A DNA stretch of 64,000 bases from an uncultured Phycisphaerales bacterium (GCA_963844715.1 CAWJPJ010000004.1:1-64000), one strand, 5' to 3'; numbered from the stretch's first letter, positions 20,811 through 32,743 are shown. Translations and numbers: made by a program. The notes: generated from the sequence alone by a model not told the origin.

Positions 20811-21020
20811 ATGAAAATCAAACAGATAAAAGGACAGGAAACGGGCCATCTTTTGCAGGAACTGGCCGAGAAACAGAAGCATCTGTTCACCCTGCGGTCG
20901 CAGGCGGTGACCGAGAAATTGGAAGACCCGAGCCAATTGGGCAAGGCGCGGCGAGACATCGCCCAACTGAAGACCGTGCTGCGTCAGCGCGAAATTGAGG
21001 CGCAGAAGGCGAAGAAATAA
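20811..21020 (+). CDS. rpmC: 50S ribosomal protein L29
   Basis: LFTLR...LEDPSQLGKARRDIAQLKT. Confidence 0.94.
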   Translation: MKIKQIKGQETGHLLQELAEKQKHLFTLRSQAVTEKLEDPSQLGKARRDIAQLKTVLRQREIEAQKAKK

Positions 21021-21022
21021 TC

Positions 21023-21364
21023 ATGGCACAAGCGGCTGAACCAGCAACCGAAGATCGATCCCAACTCCGAACCGTCACCGGCGTGGTGGCTTCGGACAAG
21101 GGGCACAAGACCATCAAGGTGGTGGTGGATTATCAGCTCCGCCATCCGAAGTACGGAAAATACCTGAAGCGGCGGTCCGTGCTGCACGCGCACGATGAGA
21201 AGAACGAAGCGCATGAAGGAGACACGGTTGAACTCGCCGAGTGCCGGCCGCTGAGCAAGACGAAGCATCATCGGCTTTTGCGGATCGTGCAGAAGGCGCC
21301 GGAGAAGGCGGTGCAGGTGTCGGCCGAGGAAATTATGACGGGAAAGGCGCCGGAACCAAGGTGA
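21023..21364 (+). CDS. rpsQ: 30S ribosomal protein S17
   Basis: GVVASDK, HPKYGK, AHDE, ECRPLSKTK. Confidence 0.96.
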   Translation: MAQAAEPATEDRSQLRTVTGVVASDKGHKTIKVVVDYQLRHPKYGKYLKRRSVLHAHDEKNEAHEGDTVELAECRPLSKTKHHRLLRIVQKAPEKAVQVSAEEIMTGKAPEPR

Positions 21365-21429
21365 AGAATAGTTGCTAGTTGCCAGTAAGGATTCACCGGT
21401 AGCGTGCGGTTTAGAACGTGGATTAAGAC

Positions 21430-21816
21430 ATGATTCAACAGCAAACATATTTGGACATTGCCGACAATACCGGCGCGAAGCTGGCGATGTGCATCAAGGT
21501 GCTGCGTGGGAGCAGCAGCCGGGGGAAGTTCAAGCGCAAGGTGGCGCACGTCGGGGACGTGATCATCTGCGCGGTGAAGAAATCGCTGCCGGCGGGGGAT
21601 GTGAAGCAGGGCGAGATCATTCGGTGCGTGGTGGTGCGGACCAAGCAGCCTACGCGGCGGACGGACGGCAGTTATGTTCGGTTCGACCGGAACGCGGCGG
21701 TGGTGATCGACAAGGACAACAATCCGCGCGGGACGCGCATTTTCGGAGCGGTGGCCAGGGAATTGCGCGACAAGAACTTTATGAAGATCGTTTCCCTGGC
21801 GAGTGAAGTCGTTTGA
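21430..21816 (+). CDS. rplN: 50S ribosomal protein L14
   Basis: [36 protein letters not shown]. Confidence 0.97.
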   Translation: MIQQQTYLDIADNTGAKLAMCIKVLRGSSSRGKFKRKVAHVGDVIICAVKKSLPAGDVKQGEIIRCVVVRTKQPTRRTDGSYVRFDRNAAVVIDKDNNPRGTRIFGAVARELRDKNFMKIVSLASEVV

Positions 21817-21830
21817 TGAATGAGTGAAAC

Positions 21831-22163
21831 ATGGCCAGACATATAAGAAAAGACGACCAGGTGATCGTGATCGCCGGCGCGGACAAGGGACAAACGGGCC
21901 GCGTGCTCCGCGTGCTGACGGCGAGGAACCGGGTGGTCGTTGAAGGAATCAACCGGGTTTGGAAGCACGTTCGGCCGAGCCAGCGGAATCCGCAGGGCGG
22001 CGCATCCACATGGACGCGCCGATCCACACGAGCAACGTGATGCTGGTGGATCCGACGAACGGGAAGCCGACGCGGCTGAAGTTTGAAGTGCGCGACGGCG
22101 TGAAGCGTCGCATCGCGAGTCGCCACCGGCGCGGATCTGGGCGCGGTGGGGAAGAAGAAATAG
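21831..22163 (+). CDS. rplX: 50S ribosomal protein L24 (frameshifts)
   Basis: [30 protein letters not shown]. Confidence 0.93.
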
Positions 22164-22178
22164 TCCTGAGGCGAAATT

Positions 22179-22924
22179 ATGTCCGAGGAAAAAGACAAAG
22201 AGAAAAAGCAGAAGCATCAGAAGGGCCAGGGTCCGCACAGCGGCGCCACCGATGCCAAGGGGCACAAGGGCGAAGGGCAAAAAGGCGCGGGCAAGAAGGA
22301 GAGGAAGCCCAAGGGTCCGGCTCCGGAAGCGGAAGTCGAAGACGTGCCGTCCACTCCCGCGCCGCCCGCGCGGTTGCTGGAGCATTACCGGCAGAAGGTC
22401 GTTCCGGCCTTGAAGGAAAAATTCGGGCTGAAGAACACGCTTGCGGTCCCGCGACTGGACAAGATCATCATCTCGATGGGCGTGGGCAAGCTGGCCACTG
22501 AGGGCGAGAAGGGGAAGATCGAGCAGGCGGAAAAGGAACTGGGCGTGATCGCCGGGCAGAAGTGCGTTCGCTGCAAGGCGAAGAAGAGCGTGGCGAATTT
22601 CAAGGTTCGCGAAGGGCAGGAGACGGGTTTGAAAGTGACGCTTCGCGGCGCGCGGATGTACGAATTTCTGGACCGCCTGGTCACGCTGGCGATTCCCCGG
22701 GTGCGCGACTTCCGGGGATTGTCGCCGACGGGTTCGACCAGAACGGGAACTACAATTTCGGATTCACGGAACAGACGGTATTTCCGGAAGTGAACGCGTC
22801 CGAGGTGACGTTCCAGCAGGGCATGAACATCACGATGGTGACGACCGCCGGTGACGCCGACCGGGGCCGGGAACTGCTGAAGCAATTCGGGTTTCCGTTC
22901 CGGGACGAGAAGGCGGCGAAGTAG
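22179..22924 (+). CDS. rplE: 50S ribosomal protein L5 with N-terminal extension (frameshift near 22730)
   Basis: VPRLDKIIISMGVG, ANFKVREG, VTLRG, PRVRDFRG, GNYNFG. Confidence 0.95.
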
Positions 22925-22949
22925 GTCAATTGACCGGAGAATAAAACGC

Positions 22950-23220
22950 ATGGCAACAACGGCGTGGGTAATGAAGCAGAAGCGGCGCGAAGGCGCTGGT
23001 GAAGAAGTACGCGGAGCTTCGGCGTCAACTGAAGAAGCAGAAGAACTTCGCGGCGCTGGCGAAGTTGCCGCGCGATTCGAGCCCGACGCGTTCGCGGAAC
23101 CGATGCCAGTTGACCGGCCGAAGCCGGGGCGTGCTGCGGAAGTTCAAGATTTCGCGGATCATGCTGCGTGAGCTGGCGCTGGCGGGCAAGATACCGGGCC
23201 TCAAAAAAGCGAGTTGGTAA
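22950..23220 (+). CDS. rpsN: 30S ribosomal protein S14, zinc-free ~89-aa type (frameshift near 22993)
   Basis: [27 protein letters not shown]; only one Cys. Confidence 0.95.
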
Positions 23221-23235
23221 TACCAGAGTGGAGCG

Positions 23236-23634
23236 ATGAATAATCAAGACCCCATAGCAGACATGCTGACTCGGATTCGCAATGCGAATCGCGTTGGACG
23301 GCGGACGGTCCTGATCCGCAAGAGCAAGATTTGCAGCGGTATCGCGCAGGTGCTCAAGGACGAAGGATACATCGAAGAGTACGCCGTCGTGGAAGACGGC
23401 CAGCAAGGGCAGTTGCGCGTGAAGCTGAAATACACGCTGAGCGGCGAGAAGATCATTCACGAGATCGATCGGCGCTCGAAGCCAGGATGCCGGGATTACC
23501 GGAGCGTCGAGCAGTTGCCGAAGGTGCTCAACGGGATGGGCATCGCGGTGGTGTCGACGAGCAAGGGCGTGATGAGCGATCGGAAGGCTCGCGAAGAGAA
23601 CGTGGGCGGAGAATTGCTCTGCACGGTGAGCTAG
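23236..23634 (+). CDS. rpsH: 30S ribosomal protein S8
   Basis: DPIADMLTRIRNA, SKPG, STSKGVM, GGELLC. Confidence 0.97.
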   Translation: MNNQDPIADMLTRIRNANRVGRRTVLIRKSKICSGIAQVLKDEGYIEEYAVVEDGQQGQLRVKLKYTLSGEKIIHEIDRRSKPGCRDYRSVEQLPKVLNGMGIAVVSTSKGVMSDRKAREENVGGELLCTVS

Positions 23635-23647
23635 TAGAGGAATTGCC

Positions 23648-24207
23648 ATGAGTCGAATCGGGAAAAAGCCGGTGCCGATCGGAGCCGCGAAAGTAAGCAT
23701 CGCCGACGGCGTCGTGCGCTGCGAAGGCCCCAAGGGAAAGCTCGAGCTTCGCGTGCATCCGGTGATTACCGTGAAGCTGGACGCTGAGAAAAAGGAACTG
23801 GTGGTTACCCGTCCGGACGACGAGCGGCAAAGCAAGGCCCTGCACGGGCTGACGCGGGCGCTTTTGGCGAACATGGTCGTGGGCGTGACGGCGGGATACA
23901 AGAAAAGCCTGGAAATCCAGGGCGTGGGCTACAAGGCGGAACTCAAGGGAAAAATCTTGTCCTGGCGGTCGGGTACGCGAATACAATTTCGGTACCGATC
24001 CCGGCGGGTGTAACCGTGACGGTGGACGCGGGAACGAAGGTTCATGTAGTCGGCCCGGACCGGCAATTGGTCGGGCAGGTCGCCAGCGACATTCGCCGCA
24101 TCCGCAAGCCCGAGCCGTACAAGGGCAAGGGCATACGCTATGAAGGCGAAGTGGTGAAGATCAAGCCCGGCAAGGCGTTTGCCGGAACGGGCGCGGCGTC
24201 CAAGTAA
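23648..24207 (+). CDS. rplF: 50S ribosomal protein L6 (frameshift near 23960)
   Basis: [31 protein letters not shown]. Confidence 0.96.
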
Positions 24208-24218
24208 TCGGAGTTATC

Positions 24219-24592
24219 GTGGCAGACAAGAACGCAAAAAAACAGATTCGCTTCGAGCGGCGGAAATATTCGATCCGCTCGCAACTGTTCGGTTCCGCGG
24301 AGCGGCCGCGGCTGAGCGTGTTCCGCAGCGACAAGCATATTTACGCGCAGATCATCGACGATTACGCCGGCAAGACGCTGGTCGCCGTCGCCAGCACCAG
24401 CGCCGATGTCGCGCGGCGGAATTGAAAAATGGCGGGAACGTCGCCGCGGCGAAGAAAGTCGGATCGCTGATCGCGGAGCGGGCCAAGGCGGCGGGGATCT
24501 CGAAGGTCTGCTTCGACCGGGGCGGGCGGAAATACCATGGCCGCGTGAAGGCGCTGGCGGATGCGGCGCGCGAGGGCGGACTGAAATTTTAA
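24219..24592 (+). CDS. rplR: 50S ribosomal protein L18 (frameshift near 24412)
   Basis: [46 protein letters not shown]. Confidence 0.95.
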
Positions 24593-24607
24593 ACGGTGAG
24601 TCGAACT

Positions 24608-25339
24608 ATGGCTGAACAAGAATCGGGACAGACGACACAACCGCCTTCGGCGCCGGCGAGTGCGCCAGCGGCCCCGGCGGCTCAGGCCCCGGCGCCCCAG
24701 GCTCCGGCGGAATCGGGTGGCGGTGCGGGCGGCGGCGGTGGCGGCGGGGGCGATGACCAGCGGCGCGATCGGCGCCGCTCGGGCGGCGGACAACGGGGCG
24801 GGCGGCCTCCGCGCGGCGGGGGCGGGCCGGGCCGCGAGCGCGACGAAAGCGGGATGGAATCGGCGGTGGTGCGAATCTACCGGTGCTCGAAGGTGGTCAA
24901 GGGCGGGCGAACGTTCAGCTTCGGGGCGCTGGTGGTCGCGGGCGATCGGCGCGGGAATGTCGGCATTGGGTACGGCAAGGCGAATGAAGTTCCGCCGGCC
25001 GTGGAGAAAGCCAGCAAGGACGCGCGCAAGCAGATGTTCAAGGTGAATCTCAAGGGCACGACCATCCCGCATACGGTCAAAGGGACCAGCGGGGCGAGCA
25101 CGGTGGTGCTGGTGCCGGCGCGGCCGGGAACGGGCGTGACGGCAGGCAAGAGCGTGCGGCCCTGCGTGGAACTGGCGGGAATTACCGATATTCTGACCAA
25201 GGCGTATGGGTCCACGAGTCCGAAGAACCTGGTCAAGGCGACGATCGCCGCACTGCGGCAGTTGCAGAATGTGGAACAGGTCGAGCAGCTTCGAGGCGTC
25301 AAGCTTCCCAAGGGATCGGGTGAGCTGGTCTCCAGCTAG
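24608..25339 (+). CDS. rpsE: 30S ribosomal protein S5 with P/A/G/R-rich N-terminal extension
   Basis: KVVKGGRTFSF, GKANEVP, PARPGTG. Confidence 0.96.
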   Translation: MAEQESGQTTQPPSAPASAPAAPAAQAPAPQAPAESGGGAGGGGGGGGDDQRRDRRRSGGGQRGGRPPRGGGGPGRERDESGMESAVVRIYRCSKVVKGGRTFSFGALVVAGDRRGNVGIGYGKANEVPPAVEKASKDARKQMFKVNLKGTTIPHTVKGTSGASTVVLVPARPGTGVTAGKSVRPCVELAGITDILTKAYGSTSPKNLVKATIAALRQLQNVEQVEQLRGVKLPKGSGELVSS

Positions 25340-25351
25340 GCGGCTATACTT

Positions 25352-26031
25352 ATGAGCATGATTCACGACATCACCTCCACGACTCCGCGGTACACCAAGC
25401 CAACGCGCAAGGGCCGCGGCGAGGGGAGCGGGCACGGAAAGACTTCCGGGCGTGGAAACAAGGGGGCCAAGGCGCGGCAGGGGACGTATATCAAGCGCGG
25501 CCACGAAGGCGGACAGACGCCGATTTTCCGGCGGTTTCCAAAGCGCGGATTCAGCAACGACGATTTTGCGCGGCGGTTTCACATCGTGAATCTGACCGAT
25601 CTGAACGGATTCGCGGATGGAACGGTGGTGGATGCGGCGGCGCTGCGGGAGGCGGGATTGGTGCCGAACGGGGCTGGCCGGTGAAGATTCTGGGTGAAGG
25701 GGAATTGAAGAAAAAGCTGACGATTTCGGTGGGGTGGTATAGCCGGTCGGCGCATAAGAAGATCATTGATGCGGGCGGGACGGCGCAGACGGCGGAAGGG
25801 AAGGAATTTGAATTCCCGAAGCCGAAGAAGAAATTCATACCGCGTGAGCCGGTGAAAAAGGCGAAGCTCGCCGCGGAAGCGGGCGAGGGCCCGGGCGAAG
25901 GGAAGCCCGCCGAAGGGAAGCCCGGCGAGGCGAAGGCCGCCGAGGGCAAGGCGCCGGAGGGCAAGTCCGCGGAGGGCAAAGCCCCCGAAACGAAGGCGGC
26001 GGACGAGAAAGCCGCGCCGGCCGCGGAATAA
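25352..26031 (+). CDS. rplO: 50S ribosomal protein L15 with repetitive C-terminal extension (frameshift near 25672)
   Basis: GRGEGSGHGKTSGRGNKG, EGGQTP, PKRGF, VKILGEG. Confidence 0.95.
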
Positions 26032-26043
26032 GAGCGGTGTCGT

Positions 26044-27451
26044 ATGTTCAAGTCGCTCATCAATATTTTCGCGTCCCGGAACTGCGGGATAAGGTCCTGT
26101 TCACATTTTTCATGCTGCTGATCTACCGGATCGGATTTCACGTTCCGATTCCCGGGGTGGACCAGAAGAGCTTCCAGGAGATCGCCAAGAACCAGGACGA
26201 CAGCAGCGCGGCGGGTCGGTTCGCGGCGTATGCGTCGCTGTTCTCGGGCGGGAATTTGCAGCAGAGCACGATCTTCGGGCTGGGTATCATGCCGTATATC
26301 TCGTCGTCGATTATTTTCCAGTTGCTGGGGACGGTTGTTCCCGCGCTGGAGAAGATGCAGAAGGAGGGGGAAGTCGGGCGGAAGAAGATTCAGGAATGGA
26401 GCCGCTACGCGACGGTGCCGCTGTGCATCATGCAGGCGGTATTCTGGATCACCTATATGGAGCACGCGGGCGGGGGAGGGTCGCTGATCTTGCCGGTGTT
26501 TCAACGAAAATTCGCGCTGAGCTTCTGGCTGATGGGGGTCTTCTCGCTGACGGCGGGAAGCATCTTCCTGATGTGGCTGGGCGAACAGATTGACGAATAC
26601 GGCCTTGGGAACGGCGTGTCGCTGGTGATCCTGGCCGGCATCGTGGCGCGCATGCCCAACGCGGTTGGTCTGCTGATTCAGCAGACGACGCTTACGGGCG
26701 AGGCCAGCGGCATGAAGCAGATCACGCTGGGGAAAATCATCTTCCTGATCGCGTGCTTCGTGTTCGTCGTGGCCGGGTCGATTCTGATCACGCAGGCGCA
26801 GCGGCGGATTCCCATCCAGCAGGCCAAACACACGCGCGGCCGGCGGGTCTACGGCGGGCAGAAGCAGTTTCTTCCGCTGCGCGTGAATCACGGCGGCGTG
26901 ATGCCGATCATTTTCGCGCAGTCGCTGATGCTGTTTCCGGGTTATGTTCTGAGCAAGATGGCGGGCGTTTCAGTGCCGTGGTTCCACCAAGTCGCACAGT
27001 GGGTGAACCAGCAGTTTAATCCGGGGCAATTCCTGTATTTGCTCACGGAAGCGGCGATGATTTACTTCTTCGCATATTTCTGGACGACCGTGCAGTTCCA
27101 GCCGAAGGAAATGGCGGACCAGTTGCGCGATTACGGCAGCTTCATTCCGGGCCTGCGCCGGGGAAGCGCACGGCGGATTATCTTGAAAAAGTGATGATGC
27201 GCATCACCTACGTCGGCGCGGCGTTTTTGTGCATTATTGCCGTGGTGCCGACGATGGTGACCACCAGCATGGGCATCGATATCCGCATCGCGTCGTTCCT
27301 GGGGGGAACGGGGCTGCTGATCGTGGTGAACGTGGCCCTGGACATGGTCCAGCGCATCGAGGCCAATCTGCTGATGCGGAACTACGGCGGATTCCTGAGC
27401 GGCGGAAGCAGCGGGGGCAAAGGCAAACGCATCAAAGGGCGGCAGTTCTGA
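26044..27451 (+). CDS. secY: Preprotein translocase subunit SecY (frameshifts)
   Basis: LGIMPYISSSII, WLGEQI, GNGVSL, GGVMPIIFA, FIPGLR, GGTGLLIVV. Confidence 0.96.
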
Positions 27452-27465
27452 TTCGCCGTATTCCG

Positions 27466-28270
27466 ATGCCGATCGTCATTAAAAGCCGGTTCGAAATTGA
27501 GCGAATGCGTCGCACGGGGCAGTTGGGGCATCAAATCCTCAGCAAAATGCGCCAAGCGGTCGCGGCGGGAGTTACCACGCAGGCGCTGGACGATCTGGCC
27601 AAATTTGAACTCGATCGCGCCGGGGCCATCGCTCTGAGCAAGAATTACCCGACCTACAGGGCCGGCGAGGGATTTCCCGGGCATACCTGCATCAGCGTTA
27701 ACGAGGAGGTCGTGCACGGGATACCAGGGACGCGGACGCTCAAGGACGGGGATATCGTCACGCTGGATTTGGCTCTTTCCATGGACGGGTATTGTGCGGA
27801 TACGGCGACGACCGTCGGGGTGGGGACGATCAGCCCGCCTCTTCAACAACTCTTAACGGTGACTCGTCAGACTCTCGATCTGGCGATTTCGCACATGCGG
27901 CCGGGAATACGCTGGTCGGATGTCGCCCGACTGATGCAACATTACGTCGAACAGCACGGGTACAACGTGGTGCGGGAATTCGTCGGTCATGGGATCGGGC
28001 GGGAAATGCACGAGGAGCCGAAGGTTCCGAATTTTGTGACGGCCGAGCAGCTCAGCGGGGATTTCGTGCTTCGGCGCGGGATGACGCTGGCGGTCGAGCC
28101 GATGGTGGTCATGGGCGCTGCGCGACGTGGATCTTTATCGGGACGGATGGACGGTGTTCACGGTGGATCGGATGCCGGCCGCGCATTTCGAGCATACCGT
28201 GGCGGTGAGCGAGACGGGGGTGGATATACTCACGGACGGGACGGTTCCCGCCGTCTCGACCGGGACGTAA
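27466..28270 (+). CDS. map: Methionine aminopeptidase type I (frameshift near 28120)
   Basis: CISVNEEVVHGIP, GDIVTLD, GHGIG, HEEP, AVEPM, AHFEHT. Confidence 0.95.
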
Positions 28271-28277
28271 AAATTTC

Positions 28278-29248
28278 ATGGAAAATTCCGTCGATAAAGT
28301 CGCGATCGACAAGGCCCACGCGTTGGTGGAGGCGCTGGGGTACATCCAGCGGTTTCACAACAAAGTCGTGGTCGTGAAAGTCGGCGGCTCGATCATGGAC
28401 GACGAGCGGGCGCTGACCGAAGTGCTGACCGACATCGTCTTCATGAACTACGTCGGCATGCAGCCGGTGCTGGTGCACGGCGGCGGCAAGGCGATCAACC
28501 AGGCGATGGAGACGGCGGGCCTTCAGCCGCAGATGGTGCAGGGGCGGCGGTATACCGATGAGCGCACGCTGGCGATCGCCGAGCATGTGCTGTGCAATCA
28601 GATCAACCGATCGATCGTCAATTTCATCCAGTCGCAGGGGTGCGAGGCGATGGGGCTGCACTCGCTGTCCAGCGACGTGCTCTTCGCCGAGAAGACGTAT
28701 CTGCAGGGGCCCGACGGGCGGCGCATCGATCTGGGACTGGTCGGCGAAGTCACGATCGTCAATGCGCGGCTGCTGCAACTGCTCGTGCAGGCGGACTCGA
28801 TTCCCTGCATCGCGACGATTGCGCGGGACGCGGCGGGGAACAGGCTGAACGTGAATGCCGACACGGCCGCCGGCGCGGTCGCGGCGGCGATGAAGGCGGA
28901 GAAACTGGTGGTCGTTTCCGATACGCACGGCATTCGAACCAACCCGGACGACCCGGAAAGCCTGGTGCGCCATCTGACGGTCGGCGCAGATCGACGAAAT
29001 GGTGCAAGGCCGGCGTGATCACCAGCGGGATGCTCCCCAAGGTCGAGGCGTGCGTCGCCGCGCTGCGGGGCGGCGTCAACAAGACGCACATCATCGACGG
29101 CCGAATTCCCCACGCGCTGCTTCTGGAGATCTACACCGAAGCGGGCATCGGGACGGAAATCGTAACAGAGCGTTACAAATGCTTATTGTTAATTCAGGGA
29201 ACCGATCGGCATTGCTCAGCACTACAACTAGCACTACAACTGACATGA
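28278..29248 (+). CDS. argB: Acetylglutamate kinase (frameshift; exact 3' end uncertain)
   Basis: [40 protein letters not shown]. Confidence 0.93.
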
Positions 29249-30167
29249 AACATTTCATCTCCATTGCCGGATGCACCTGTTGACGAGCTGAATCACACGC
29301 TCGAGGTGGCGGCCGCGCTGAAGAAGCAGTACAGGCAAACGGGGCGGAACGATCCGCTGCTGGCGGGCAAGACGCTGGCGATGATCTTTGAGAAGCCGAG
29401 CCTGCGGACGCGGGTGAGCTTTTCCGTGGCGATGACGCACTTGGGCGGGACGGGGCTTTTGCTGCGCGAGGAGGAAGTGGGGATCGGGCAAGCGCGAGCC
29501 GGTGGAGGACGTGGCGCGGGTGCTGTCGGGGATGTGCGACGGGATCATGGCCCGCACGTTTGCGCACGACGAGGTCGTGGATCTGGCCAAGTGGGCGACG
29601 GTGCCGGTGATCAACGCGCTGACGGATTACAGCCATCCCTGCCAGGCGATGGCGGACATGATGACGATCCGCGAGAAATTCGGCGACCTGAAGGGGCGGA
29701 CGATGGCGTTCATCGGCGACGGGAACAACATGGCGCGGTCGCTTTCGATCGCGTGCGGAAAATTCGGGATGCGGTTCATCCTGGCCGCGCCAGCGGGATA
29801 TGAATTGCCGGCCGGGGATATGAATCGGATCATGTCGCAGCTTCCCAGCATGGATATTCAAACTGTGCGGGAGCCGCTGGAAGCCGTGCGGAACGCCGAT
29901 GTGATCGTCACGGACACGTGGATCAGCATGGGCCAGGAAAAAGAGAAGGAAAAGCGGCTGAAGGATTTTCAGGGGTTCATGGTGGACGAAAAGCTGCTGG
30001 CGGCGGCCCCGAAACATGCGATCGTGATGCACTGCCTGCCGGCGTACCGGGGTTTGGAGATTTCCGCCGGCGTGATGGAGGGGCCGCAATCCGTGGTCTT
30101 CCCGGAGGCGGAAAACCGGCTGCATTATCAGAAGGGGCTGCTGGCCGTTCTGATGGGCGGGGCCTGA
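29245..30167 (+). CDS. argF: Ornithine carbamoyltransferase (frameshifts)
   Basis: [29 protein letters not shown]. Confidence 0.95.
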
Positions 30168-30181
30168 CCGATATACCCTCC

Positions 30182-30890
30182 ATGCGAGTGGTTTGCATCA
30201 GCGACGTTCACGGGAAATTGCCGGTTATCGAGCCGTGCGATTTGCTTTTGATCGGCGGGGATATCACGCCTGTCTCGGATCACTCGCCGGGGTTTCAGCG
30301 GTTCTGGCTGGAGACTTCCTTTCGCAACTGGCTAATGGAGGTTCCGGCGCGAAACGTGGTGGCCGTGGCGGGGAATCACGATTTTGTTTTCGAAACGAAC
30401 CCGAGCTGGATTCCGCGCGATTTGAGGTGGATTTATCTTCAGGATCGCGGTGTGGAAATCGAGGGGATGAAGATATACGGGACGCCGTGGCAGCCTTGGT
30501 TTTGCGATTGGGCGTTCAATTCGCCGCGGGTTGACCCGGAATTATTTCTGGCGGAGAAATTCGCGGCGATTCCCGTGGAAACGGATATTCTTCTCACGCA
30601 TGGCGCGCCTTTTGGTTACGGAGATTTAGCGCACGGGCGGGGACAGCAGTGTTGGGGAACACGTCGGTTCGACGGCGCTGTTGCAACGGATTCAAAGCGT
30701 TTCGCCGAGCTTGGTCGTGTTCGGGCATTTGCACGGCGGGTATGGGCTATACGAGATCGAGGGAAATCGCGGGAAAATCACGCTGGCGAATGTGGCCATC
30801 ATGGACGAAGGGTATCAACCGGCAAACCGCCCGACCGAGTTTGAAATCTCGACGCTTCCCGGCGGACTCAGCATTTTGCCAATTGGTTGA
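30182..30890 (+). CDS. Metallophosphoesterase (calcineurin-like; frameshift near 30650)
   Basis: SDVHG, GGD, GNHD, THG, FGHLH. Confidence 0.9.
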
Positions 30891-31630
30891 CGGTTGCGCA
30901 AGTCCTTGGGGATGGGGCATTCGATCGTGATGTGGCGGCCGTCGGGGTGAACAAATTTCAGAATCTCGGCGTGGAGCGTGAGCCTGGAAATGAGCGGGCG
31001 CTCGGCGTGAGCGGAGGGGCGGTAGTCGCCCTTGTAATGGCTCAGATAAATCGCGGCCTCCTTGCCGGCGGGCGGGCGATTGTAGAGGGGATCGACCGCC
31101 AGCGGCAGGCCGATGGATAAGAGGTGCACGCGAATCTGATGGGTGCGGCCGGTTTTGGGGAAGCAGCGGAGAAGCGTGAATCGCCGCATCGATTTTTCGA
31201 CTTTCCACGCCGTGCGCGCCGGGCGGCCTTTTTTTGCGACGGTCATGCGGTCGCGCTGCGACGGATGCGGGATGATCGGAGCGTCGATTTCGCCCTCGGA
31301 TGAATTGGGCCGGCCAACCACGAGAGCCAGATATTCTTTTTGGACCTGATTGTTTTGAAATTGGGCGGAGAGATGGCGTTGGGCGGCGATGTCCTTGGCG
31401 AAGAGCATGACGCCGCCGGTTTCCTTGTCGAGGCGGTGGACGACGCGCAGGCGCGGGTCGTCGGTTCCGGAGCAGGCGAGATTCAATTGCTCGGCGAGCT
31501 CCTCCAGCAAACTGGTGGATTCGCCCCGGCCGGGGATGGAGGCCAGCCTTGGCGGTTTGGCCACGGCGACGAGGCGATCGTCTTGGAACAGGATTTGCAG
31601 AGGCCGATATTCTGTGTTGCTCGTATCCAT
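30868..31630 (-). CDS. RluA-family pseudouridine synthase
   Basis: VHRLDKETGG, KEYLALV, TGRTHQIRVH, LHA. Confidence 0.93.
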
Positions 31631-31738
31631 AATCTCCTTCAAAGGCCTTGTTTAGGACATGAGGTGGGAGATTTCAAGGATGTGGCGGCTTCTTCGATTA
31701 TGATGGGCGAGTTCTGTTCAATTAAGGAACTAGCGACC

Positions 31739-32743
31739 ATGAGCGGACGAGCGATTTCACGGCAGAGGAGAGAACGGACGGGCGCCGACAAAGCGGCGGT
31801 TCGCCAGGCGAAGTCGGGACGGCGGATGTTTGGGTCAACGCTAGCGGATGTATTCAGCACGCCGGCTTACGATTGCCGATTAATCGGCTCCGATCAACGG
31901 CCGGAATTTGCGATAACGCGCCTTCGCTCCGGGCCCAGGGAAATGGAGAAAGCTCCCATGTATCCCCCGGATCAGGCAATCCTGATCTGCGTCTCTCTCA
32001 CGCCCGCGGTAATCGGTCAGTGGAAAGCGATTTACGACGGCCGGAGCGTTGGGGTTACCCGGGCAATTCCCTTTGCAACAACATTTATCGATCTAAATTG
32101 CCGCATGGAAATGTGGGCGCGAGGTCCGTTCGATTATTTGCACTTCTACCTCTCGCAGGAACTTCTTAACCGGATCGCGCACGACAACGCAATTGGGTCA
32201 TCGCTCCAACTTCAGGAAGTCTTTTTTGTCGAAGATCTGGTTGTGGCGCAAATGACAAGGAGCATTCTCTGGCCGGTCAAACACGGGGAGCCCCTCGATC
32301 GGCTTGCGCTGGACCAAATCGCAATGATCCTGGGGGCTCACACGTTGCAGGCGCGTTGCGGCGCCCCCAAATTTTCGGCCGGCCCCAGGTGTGGGTTGGA
32401 GCCGTGGCAAAAGCTGCGAGCCGAGGAGATGTTACGGGCGCATCTCGAGGGGAATCTGACGATCAAAGAGCTGGCCACGGCCTGCTCTCTTTCTCCGAGT
32501 CATTTCGGACGATGCTTTCGGCGGAGTTTTGGCACCTCTGTTCACCAGCGGTTGCTTCAGCTACGAACCGAGCATGCCAAGCAGTTGCTTTTGCAAAGCA
32601 ATGATACGTTGGTTGAGGTTGCGTTACAGTCGGGCTTCTGCGATCAAGCCGCTTTTAGTCGAACCTTCAGCCGCATCGAGCACACGACGCCGTCACGCTG
32701 GCGCCGAGTTAACAAGAACGGGCAAGGCGAACCTCTGGAATGA
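31739..32743 (+). CDS. AraC-family transcriptional regulator
   Basis: GLEPWQ, LSPSHFGRCFRRSFG, GFCDQAAFSRTF. Confidence 0.92.
   Translation: MSGRAISRQRRERTGADKAAVRQAKSGRRMFGSTLADVFSTPAYDCRLIGSDQRPEFAITRLRSGPREMEKAPMYPPDQAILICVSLTPAVIGQWKAIYDGRSVGVTRAIPFATTFIDLNCRMEMWARGPFDYLHFYLSQELLNRIAHDNAIGSSLQLQEVFFVEDLVVAQMTRSILWPVKHGEPLDRLALDQIAMILGAHTLQARCGAPKFSAGPRCGLEPWQKLRAEEMLRAHLEGNLTIKELATACSLSPSHFGRCFRRSFGTSVHQRLLQLRTEHAKQLLLQSNDTLVEVALQSGFCDQAAFSRTFSRIEHTTPSRWRRVNKNGQGEPLE

Noticed and set aside
17139..28270. Ribosomal protein, secY and map genes as pseudogenes or recoded genes
   Set aside because: These are essential genes with scattered single-base losses and no shared slippery motif; long-read error is far more likely
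29178..29241. ARG box before argF and a 12-bp tandem (agcactacaact x2)
   Set aside because: TG...CA spacing does not fit the ArgR box; the two-copy tandem has no other support
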